Positions 11,600 to 20,553 of a DNA stretch of 64,000 nucleotides are shown piece by piece. The DNA is from Histomonas meleagridis 2922-C6/04-290x (taxonomy: Eukaryota > Protista > Parabasalia): contig JAANOX010000273.1 in assembly GCA_020184695.1 (NCBI GenBank), positions 248,001-312,000 of the forward strand. Direction: 5' to 3'. Numbering within the stretch: position 1 is the stretch's first letter; every line of letters starts with the position of its first letter. The translations under genes were made by a program, and so were the position numbers. The notes under the pieces were generated by a model. It searched no databases. It was not told the DNA's origin and worked only from the letters and a program-made list of their open reading frames with translations.

Positions 11600-11923
11600 T
11601 ATACCCAAAAAACGCATGATAACAAACAGCCTCTTTATGATCACATCAACAGGATTTTCAGTAAAACGATAAATTATCGAGGAACATATGTTGATCCTCG
11701 TTTAGTGAATTATATTTGCTTCTGGGCATCGCCAAGATATGCAATTTATGTTGGAAAGATAATGGATTCCATCAACGACAGAGTTCACGAAGTATTAAAT
11801 GAAAAGCAATTAACGGATACTGTTGAAAATGCTAAACCTGTGTTTATTGAAGTTGCAAAATCAATAGCACCAACAATCGACAGAGAGTTAGAGAATAAAA
11901 CATGTTGTAGGTTTGTTAGGTAG
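11600..11923 (+). pseudogene. KilA-N domain protein, 5'-truncated/degraded
   Basis: GTYVDPRLVNYICFWASPRYAIYVGKIMD matches the KilA-N C-terminal signature. Confidence 0.7.
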
Positions 11924-11926
11924 CAT

Positions 11927-12253
11927 TTATTTATAAGTTATTTTTCCTGAACTTTTCACAAATTTTGTGCTTATTTTTCTTTCGCTTAAGAATTCACAGA
12001 CGTCAGAGTAATTATATTTCAAATTATAAGTGTTGCCGTCTTTCTTGACATATATTTTTGATACATAATCTAGAGTTGAGCTTTTGCAACAACCCGCGTC
12101 GGTGTCTGCTTTCACTAATTCAACTTCATTTGTATCGCACAACAATTGCACAAGCTTTACTAATTCGTCTTCCTCTGCTATTACATATTTATTAACTATT
12201 AAAGGATTATTTTCTACTATATCTAAACATAACACTAATGCCTGAATCAACAT
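11927..12253 (-). CDS. Maverick hypothetical protein (may extend to ~12486 across a frameshift)
   Basis: 108-codon ORF. An upstream frame starts MSVPKSSVLSCNRGFLARVG at ~12486. Confidence 0.5.
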   Translation of the reverse strand: MLIQALVLCLDIVENNPLIVNKYVIAEEDELVKLVQLLCDTNEVELVKADTDAGCCKSSTLDYVSKIYVKKDGNTYNLKYNYSDVCEFLSERKISTKFVKSSGKITYK

Positions 12254-12522
12254 ATCTTTGTCGTGAATTACTTTTTCAAGATTAGTTAAAGTTTCATTAG
12301 CTGTTTCAATCGAACGTTCTTTTAATTTCTCGTTCTTCAGACGTTTCTTGATATTTCATTGGCACTCCTTTAACTACAACATTAACGTTTTGACTTTGGC
12401 TTTGTTTCGGAGAATTTAAATTTGTTCCGACTCTTGCAAGAAATCCTCGATTGCAAGATAAAACACTACTTTTAGGAACTGACATTTTTTAAGTGATAAA
12501 AAATTATTTTTACTGTTATTAA

Positions 12523-12877
12523 ATGGAAGAATCTCTGATTCCATTAAATATTTTTCGATTACATCAAACATCTAAAACTTACAAAAAAGATAACAACAAA
12601 ACAATTACCGTTTATAGAAAATATTTATTTCTACATTAATAATTGCGTAATATATAAATATGTAATTGCTGTACGTCCTGAAATGTTTAAAAGAGCGAAA
12701 CGCTTCGGTTTGGAATCATTATATAATGTCTATTGTGGAATAAATGTTAAGATTTATGAACCAATACCAAATACTGCAAAAGGAAGATTTATATTAATGT
12801 GGAATCCAGGCAATTGTGAAATTACAGTTGCTGATGGTGAAGACGAATTACCAAATAATTTTGGCGTTAAATGTTAA
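12523..12877 (+). pseudogene. Maverick hypothetical protein, frameshifted
   Basis: ATG at 12523 (MEESLIPLNIF...) links to ORF 12683-12877, which ends at the edge of the right inverted repeat. Confidence 0.4.
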
Positions 12878-13041
12878 AAAGTACCATTTAAATTTTGAGG
12901 GTTAAAAAAATAAAAAAATGAACCCTTTTTCTAACCCTTAACGAAACGGATAAAATGAGCATTTTTCGGATGATTTGACATGAATATTGCATGTTTGCTC
13001 GAGTTACTGAAAGGTTAACTTTTTTGTGATTTTTTAACCTT
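12871..13041 (-). repeat. Internal inverted repeat, right copy
   Basis: Reverse complement of 2992-3161. Confidence 0.95.
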
Positions 13042-13080
13042 CAAAAATAAATGATACATTAAACAATTCAAACATTATTT

Positions 13081-14697
13081 TTATCTTGCTCCTCCTGCAA
13101 TTATCTGCTCGATACTAGCGTTAGTAACTTCAATTTGACTTCTACCGTCAGGCTTCATTGCTCTAACTTTCAATAATGCGTCTTCAAAGTATATTCCTGT
13201 TGGTGCGATATACGTTACATTCTTCATTGCAGTATTAGCTAATCTATCTCCGAATAATTCAATCTGAACTGTTCCAGTGGTTGATATTCCACCCATGAAG
13301 TCCTCACCTTCAGCGAACGGTAATCCTATGAAGAAATTAGAATTATCTTTACCATGCCAAGCTCTTGTTTGAGTATTAACGCCTGAAGCATTATATGTGT
13401 TCTTGTAATAATACGGTTGAACTGACGTTTTAATATCTTTTGCTAATGAACTCAAAAGACTTCCATTAAGATTCACAGCATCAAGTAACATATTAAGATT
13501 TCTTGGGTCATCAACGGTTTCATATGCTTCTCTCGGATAGATTTTACCGTCAATATTAAAACTATATCTTATTTGTGGATTCAAGAAGCATGTACGTGAA
13601 TATTGACTTTGTCTGAATACAGTAAACATAGTATCACAATGTTTAAGTCCTATTGTTGCTGCTGTGTTAAATGATGTTGGAGCACTTGTTGAATTACTTC
13701 CGAGTGGTTGTGTGAAATCTCTTACTTGACAAACGTGAATTGGAAATAGCATCGGAACTTGAATATATTTTGCAGCAAGAGCATTAAACACATCCATTTT
13801 CAAAAGATATGTTGCAAGCTTAATTTTAACATCTTTTGTTACTTGGCTATTGCAAACAAATTTTTGAGGTGCATCCATTGTTGCGTAAGTTGTTGAACCG
13901 CTTCCTGCTGTTGCTTTAATGTTGCTCTTTACTGATTCATTAACATTTCTAAATCCAAGGTCGCATAAATAATCTCCTTCAACTACAGCTTTTGCAGCAA
14001 CTAATGATTCATGATCGCATACAGGAGCAATAACAATATTTTTGATATGAAGGCATCAGTTCGATTGAAAGCTTGCCGCTCCAGTTAGGATAATATCGCA
14101 TATTAAATAACATTAAGAAATAACTTATTGGAATTCTTAATGGAATCTTAACTATAACTTCTTTTTGCTGAGGTAATAGCGCTAAAGTCACAGTAAACGC
14201 CAGGAACCATTGAATCATGAGCTCTGATTTTATCAATAGTTGCGAAACAATCATTACCGGCTTTAGCTTCATCAGATAATGAATTAGAAAGCATGAACCA
14301 TTCATACCTTGCGTTATGAACGTCTTGAATTTTTATCTGTGTTTGAATAAATTCTGTATTGGTCTATAGCATCGCATGAACATTTATAACCGACATAATA
14401 TTCTTTAAACAAAAGATTTGATTGTGACGGAACGGTAATTGGTACTTCTTGTTCTAAAGTAATATATGAATTATCTAAACCAATAATCTTAAATCTATCC
14501 GTGAAAATGTCAACGTATGTTGTGTCTCCCTCGTTTATGTCTCCAACATTGCCGTAAGAAGTAGCTGTCGTGTATTCATAATTTCCCGGAATGATTTCAG
14601 AAGCTTTAACTGCTTCATCAACTTCATTATACCAATCTTGAAGGTTTCCAGTCATTGCATCAATAACATTTGGCTGTTGATTTTGTGGTGCAAACAT
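13081..14697 (-). CDS. Major capsid protein (double jelly-roll type), split by frameshifts
   Basis: ORFs 14314-14697, part of 14009-14305 and 13081-13878 reassemble into a ~540-aa beta-rich protein (MTGNLQDWYNEVDE..., IPLRIPISYFLML..., CFLNPQIRYSFNIDGKIYP...) resembling parabasalid Maverick capsids. Confidence 0.75.
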
Positions 14698-14723
14698 TTT
14701 ATAGTGATAAAAAAATCAAAACA

Positions 14724-16450
14724 TCAATTAGAATCTAAGTCTTCAATCGTTACTGTATTTGTTAACGGTAACAATCTTCTATTAGAAAAAGTTCTTAAAT
14801 CATTATAAAATTGAAGTAGTAAATCAGGTGCTAATTGACTCTTATTTGTTCTAGTAAATCCAGCATATTTATGTTGATTTTCTGCTAAAAATTGATTAAA
14901 TCTATCATCTCCAATTGAATTAATCAAAGCATCAATATTATATTCAAGTTGTATTCTTTGATTATTTTTATTTACAACTTGTTGTGCAATATCTGATTGT
15001 AATTGATTTGTTATTTCTATTTTTCTTGTCGGTGATAGATTACCGCTAAACATTTGTTGTTGTATTTCAATTTGTGCTTGACTTTCCATTGCTTTTTTTG
15101 TATACTCATTCGCTAACTCAACATCTTGAGCTCTTCTTTGATTTTGTAACGTTGCTATTTTTCAAATTTGTATTTTTCTGTATTTGTGCTTTATGTTCGG
15201 CAGAATTTAAATATTCTAATTCAGCATCAAGAGCTATTTTATTTTCTTCGGTTGCTTGTAATTCCTCTCTTCTTTTGATTTCTTTTTCACGTTCCTTTGT
15301 TTGAACTTTTTTCTTAGCGTTCTTAACAATCGATTCTTTGTGCGTCTTGCTTATTTCTGGTTTTGGTCCAACGGCTGTTTGATATGCTCCTAATTCTTGA
15401 GCTTTAATTTCTTCATCAACTGTTTTTCGTTGTTGCTCAATTTCAGCTTCTTTCAATCTTTCAAATCTTGCTCTTGCTCTTAATCCAGGTCGTTGTTTTT
15501 CTTCTTCAGCAAGTTGTTGTTGATATAAACCATTAATGCTTGTTATGTATTGATTATCTAACGCCTGATATTGCTCCGGAGTTAATGCTGTTATTCTTTT
15601 AATTCTTTCTTGTTCAAATTTTATTTTTAGCTTCATTTTTGAGCTTTTTAATAGTTCATTTTCATAACGTGCCCTTTCTACTTGATTTTGTGTCTCTGCT
15701 CGAATTTCATTTGCATTCTTATAATCTTTTGATTGTTAAAACTTTCTGTAAAGTTTCATTTTCATTCTTTACTTTTTCTAACTCACGTTGCAAGCTATTT
15801 TTAATTCGCATTTGTTCATTAGCTTCTATTTCATGTTGGCGTTCAATAGTAAGCATTTTTGCTTCAGCTAATTGAGCTTGAATTGTTGCGTTTTGATCTT
15901 TTAATAAATCAATGTCGCCTTTATACTGAGTTTTTTTAAGTTCTGCCAAAGCTTTTGCGTAACGTTCAGTTTCTTGTTGAGCTTTGTTTGCTAATTCATG
16001 CTGACGTTCAATCTCTCTTTCTGCCATTTCACGTTTTTTTTTTTTTTCTTCGTTATACTTTGCCTCAGCAGCTTTTGTTGCTTTTTTCATATTTCTTTCT
16101 TGTTCATCCAAATTTTTCTTTCTTGCTAATTCATCTTGTTTCTCTCTTCGCGTATCATTAATTTGTTGTTGACGAACATCGTTTTGATTTCTCATATTAT
16201 GTATTGCGTCAAGATTAATATTTTGTGGAGTTTGTGATAAAGCAACAGGAAGAAATGGATTTTGTAAATTTGCCATCATCTGTGACCTAGCAGAATTGGA
16301 ATTTTGATTATTCGGTGAAGGAAGAATATTTGCTCTGACCGATGCGTTAGGGTTAGATATTGGAGCTTGAGTAATTAATCGATGCCTTAATCCGCGTTTG
16401 ACATTTTTCTTTGTTTTTCTAATTCTTCGTTTGACTGCTTTCTTTGCCAT
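14724..16450 (-). CDS. Putative virion core protein: basic N-terminus plus long coiled coil, split into 3 ORFs
   Basis: MAKKAVKRRIRKTKKNVKRGLRHR followed by E/K/Q-rich heptads. ORFs 15719-16450, 15118-15636 and 14724-15089 are adjacent on one strand with similar composition. Confidence 0.45.
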
Positions 16451-16474
16451 TTAATTAAAAATAAAAATATTAAT

Positions 16475-16771
16475 TTATAAGTATTGAACTCTTGCTCTCC
16501 ATCCGCGTTGTACCGGCACATTATAAACTTGTTCTTGACGTTCTGACGAAACTTGAGCTTCTGACGAAACTATATCTTCCTTTTGCTCCGAACCTTGTGA
16601 GTTTCGAGCATCTAGCGAGACTTGCTCGTCATTTAATGTTTGTTCGACCGAAGGAATTTCCTCAGCATCAATATAAATATCATCCCTCAAACGATGATAC
16701 TTCTTCTTAAGCTTTTTATGCTTACCTGTTAATTTATCTAATCGTGAATTTAATTCAATTATATGCTCCAT
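16475..16771 (-). CDS. Maverick hypothetical protein (98 aa)
   Basis: Open ATG-initiated ORF in the capsid-side gene array. Confidence 0.55.
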   Translation of the reverse strand: MEHIIELNSRLDKLTGKHKKLKKKYHRLRDDIYIDAEEIPSVEQTLNDEQVSLDARNSQGSEQKEDIVSSEAQVSSERQEQVYNVPVQRGWRARVQYL

Positions 16772-16822
16772 TAATAATTGATCGTTTGATAAATAAACTT
16801 TACCGTCGTTGTTGTTTTTTAC

Positions 16823-17110
16823 TTACTTTTTTTGACTAACCGTTGGAGTTTTTGATTTTTTTGCTGTTACTCTAGCATTACCGTTCTTGAAAAATTTGAC
16901 GTCAAAAAATTCATTTTCAATTCCTTTTTTAGCATTAGCAATTATAATTTCTTTTTCTTCTTGTGTTAAATCTTTTACTGCTTTCTTTGTTATCTTAACA
17001 TCCGAAGTTTTTTCTTCATTGGCGTTTTCGTTTTCCTCATCCAAAACAATTTCTGTTTCGCTCCGAAGGAGCTCAGGCTCGTAGAGCCGTTCAGTCTCGT
17101 TCTCTGCCAT
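16823..17110 (-). CDS. Maverick hypothetical protein
   Basis: ATG-initiated ORF, probably frameshifted near its 3' end. Confidence 0.5.
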   Translation of the reverse strand: MAENETERLYEPELLRSETEIVLDEENENANEEKTSDVKITKKAVKDLTQEEKEIIIANAKKGIENEFFDVKFFKNGNARVTAKKSKTPTVSQKK

Positions 17111-17221
17111 TTATTAAATATAAAAAAATCAAAAAATCATTTAATGAATCACATTAATCCAGGAATCATTACTCTTGGTTGAGGTTTCATTACCGCAGGT
17201 TTCATTTGATATCTTTGTTGC

Positions 17222-17618
17222 TTACCTAAATTTTTGTTCGTGTTCGATCCATTGTTTAAATTTATCGCCTGCTTGAATCCACGGTTGAGTTTTTATCCGA
17301 AATCTTTTTGACCTGTGTCTAAAACCCGTTCGGCTACTTCTTTGCCTTTATCTACGGCTCGTTTAATTTTTGTCTTTAATCTTACCGTCAGGAACTGCAT
17401 CAACTATTTTTATCTATTTTTATCTGTTATATCTCCTTTACGCTTTCTTACTGTATCAATTATTCCTGGAATCTTTTTTTACCAAATTCAATTCCTCGAC
17501 TGATTATTGGCGAGACCTTACTGTAAATTCTCTTTCCTTTATCAATAAATTTTATTAAAAGTCGTCCTGCTTTTTGAATAAATTTTCTTATTCCACCGAA
17601 TATACGACCTAATCCCAT
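17222..17618 (-). CDS. Amphipathic-helix protein (adenovirus pVI-like candidate), frameshifted; missed by the ORF track
   Basis: Manual frame joining gives MGLGRIFGGIRKIIQKAGRLFNKFIDKGKRIYSKVSPIISRGIEFGKKIPGIIDTV...IKRAVDKGKEVAERVLDTGQ. Confidence 0.5.
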
Positions 17619-17654
17619 TTAATATAATTAAAAAAACGTTTTAATAACTCTTAA

Positions 17655-18814
17655 ATGAGTCTAAACGTTAACAAAGAAATTGACAAAACACATTTTAAAA
17701 CTTACAGTCACGTCAAAAAACACGTGCAAAATAAATTTCCAAATGTTAGTAAAAAGAAAATTAAAAAAGTAATATCAAGGAGATTGAAGGATAAATTTAT
17801 TAAAACAAAAGATATAAAACCTTATATGATAAAAATATTTTCAACTATTCCAAATTGTTGGTTTCATGATTTATATGATAATGGAAAAAATAAAAATCCT
17901 CGTTATTGGCACGTGTTTATTGGCACAAATAATAGATACGTTTACTGTTTACCGTTGATGTCAAAATCAGCGTCTGCGGTTCATGAAACATTAAAACGAT
18001 TTATTGAAATATTCCATCCGGTAAAATTAACGTCAGATGAAGAACCAGCATTTATTGAAAAAAATAATTTAAAACTTCTTTCTAAAAATAAAGTTGCCGT
18101 TCATACTATATCAGACAAAAACCATTCGTCTTTAGGCATTATTGATAGATTCATGCGAACAATGAGAGATATGAATACTCCAACGGAAAAATCTAAACAT
18201 CGATCACATGATGAAAAATACACATTCATTACTCCCGACAGAATGAAAAAAAGTTTCTGAATATTTATACAATACTTACCATTCAGCCATCGGTTGTTCT
18301 CCAAAAGAAATGTTTGATACTACAGATTTAGAAAAAAAGAATATATATTTAAATGTTTAGAATCTTCTGAAAAAAACAAAAAAATGTATTAAGAATTTAA
18401 TTCTTCCTGTTGGCTCTTTTTGTACGCTATATATTACCGCGTCATAATGGCATAACTAAAAAAAGATTTCAAATAAGTCGTGAATGTTATAAAATTGATG
18501 AACGGAAAGGAAATATGTACGTTTTAATTGCTCAAGACGGAACAGTAATTACTAAACCAAGATACAAACTAATACCTATTGGTAAGAATAAACCAAATAA
18601 TATTAAATGGGCGTCAACTATTCCTGGTAAATGGGTTGGTTCTGTTGAGTCAATTTTTGTCATTTAATCCTAAAACAAATAAGTATAAAGTACTTTTTTT
18701 ACCGTTCCTGGGCAACGTTCATATCAAGATGAAATTCCTGCTTCATTTCTCCGCGGTAATACTCCTCATAAACAGTCAGAAATTGAAAGAGAATTTTTTG
18801 CTAAACATAAATGA
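17655..18814 (+). CDS. Retroviral-type (rve) integrase of the Maverick, frameshifted after the catalytic core
   Basis: WFHD..., TSDEE..., LGIIDRFMRTMRD, with 35 residues between the 2nd and 3rd acidic residues. Downstream frames continue to the stop at 18812-18814. Confidence 0.85.
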
Positions 18815-18834
18815 TATTAATATTTATTTTTATA

Positions 18835-18955
18835 CATGACAAACTAACTAACTAACTAACTAACTAAAAAAGAAACTAGCTAAAGGAAATTCAAAATTGT
18901 TCCGTGAGTTTCTCCATTCATGTGAAATCACTTGAAAATTGATGATTTACTCGAC
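18835..18955 (-). repeat. ~125-bp repeat with (CTAA)n array, inverted relative to the copies at 20020 and 20212
   Basis: Reverse complement aligns to 20020-20151; the ~65 bp around the array is near-identical. Confidence 0.9.
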
Positions 18956-19031
18956 TAAACTCACAAATGAAATTAAGTTTAATTTTTAAAGTAGTTTTTT
19001 TGATTTTTTTAATTTGTATATAAAGAGCTAA

Positions 19032-20002
19032 ATGGCGATTGTTAATTTTACATCAGAAGAACAAATTAATAAATACATTAACAGCAAAAATCAATAAACT
19101 TGTTGTTGAACATCAGCAAGAAATCAAAAAGAAATTATTATCTTCATAAAGAATATACTAAAGAAGAATATGAAAAGATGATAAATCAAATGTATTATAA
19201 CATTCAACACATACCGGGGGAAACATTTAAAGCTAAAAAAATGAATTTATAACATCTGATATGCTCAAAGATCAATATATATCTAATTGCAAAAAAATGA
19301 AATTGAATTAATTGAATCAGTATATGAAGAAATCAGAAAAATTTTCAGAAATTTTTAATTCAAGAAAGAAAAAAACTAGAAAAATATCCTCGGTGTAATC
19401 AAAATGTAATTGATAATTTGACAGAATACATAAATCAAACCGTTAATTATTACCATCAAGATTTAATTGATGAGTATTTCGAATTGTTCGTGAATAAAGT
19501 CAAAAATATTTGTCCGAAAGATAAAGATTACTGTAAAACAATTGAAAGTGTGTATTTAAACAAAAACGGTAAGCGTGCGATGCAAATTCTTGATAAATTT
19601 TCACAAAGATTAATTAATGCATTAATTACAATTACTCTTTCGGTCAAAAATAACAAAACATCTGAATTTATGTTAATTGAAACAACATTTAAGAATAAAT
19701 TTAATAGATTAATTACAAAAATCTACCGATCCTTTAGTTGAGGAAGTAGATGAAGATGTAGAGAGTGATTCAATAATTGTAATTCAAGATTCAAAACCAA
19801 CTTTTGAGAATTTCTTAAAAACTATTCCGAATGAAGAAATTGAAGTTTCTGAATTGTGTTCTATGTTTAACAATTACTTCAACACTAACGTTTCAACAAG
19901 GAGCTTTTTCAATGATGAATAACACTAAAAAAATCACTTTGATAAAAGATCGATTTTAAGAAAAGGAAAAAAAGAACCACATATTACACAAAGAAACAGT
20001 AA
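19032..20002 (+). pseudogene. Hypothetical protein (~320 codons, multiple frameshifts)
   Basis: ATG at 19032; includes ORF 19418-19741; C-terminal frame FENFLKTIPNEEIEVSELCSMFNNYFNTNVST. Confidence 0.5.
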
Positions 20003-20019
20003 AATGCAAGCTTTATTTT

Positions 20020-20114
20020 TCATCAGCTCCAGTAAACATGCAATATTCACGTCAAATCACTAAAATGGAGAAACTCATTCAGCTTTTCCGAATTTCCTTT
20101 AGCTAGTTTCTTTT

Positions 20115-20145
<31 letters not shown>

Positions 20146-20339
20146 GTCGTGTTAAAAAATAATGAAAACACAACTTTCCACATAGCATTAACGACAACTC
20201 ATCCGTTATCATCATCAGCTCCAGTAAACATGCAATATTCACGTCAAATCACTAAAATGGAGAAACTCATTCAGCTTTTCCGAATTTCCTTTAGCTAATA
20301 ACTTTTTTAGTTAGTTAGTTAGTTAGTTAGTTTGTCATG
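20020..20339 (+). repeat. Two direct copies of a ~130-bp repeat ending in (TTAG)6-7 (20020-20151, 20212-20339)
   Basis: Direct alignment, near-identical. Confidence 0.95.
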
Positions 20340-20553
20340 CCTCACACATTTAAAAAATAAATGTCATCATGAATTTAAATATATTTTATTACTTTCAATC
20401 AAAACCAACCGATTTATGATAATTCAATCGATTTTAGCCGTTCATCCTTTAGTTTATGTAGCGCGAGTGGGAGCGAGTGCGTAGCACGAAGCTCACATAG
20501 CGCTGTGTGTGTGTGTGTACGTGCCGGAACATTCTCAACATTCATTAAATATA

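Larger units (their letters stand above)
1..20550. mobile_element. Maverick/Polinton element; both termini unresolved
   Basis: Co-located packaging ATPase, penton-like protein, double-jelly-roll-type capsid, PolB motifs, rve integrase and KilA-N. No matching terminal inverted repeat pair was found in the window. Confidence 0.9.

Noticed and set aside
20340-20550. Right terminal inverted repeat of the Maverick
   Set aside because: Only a weak AAGGATGAA-type resemblance to bases 1-560; no alignable TIR or TSD.
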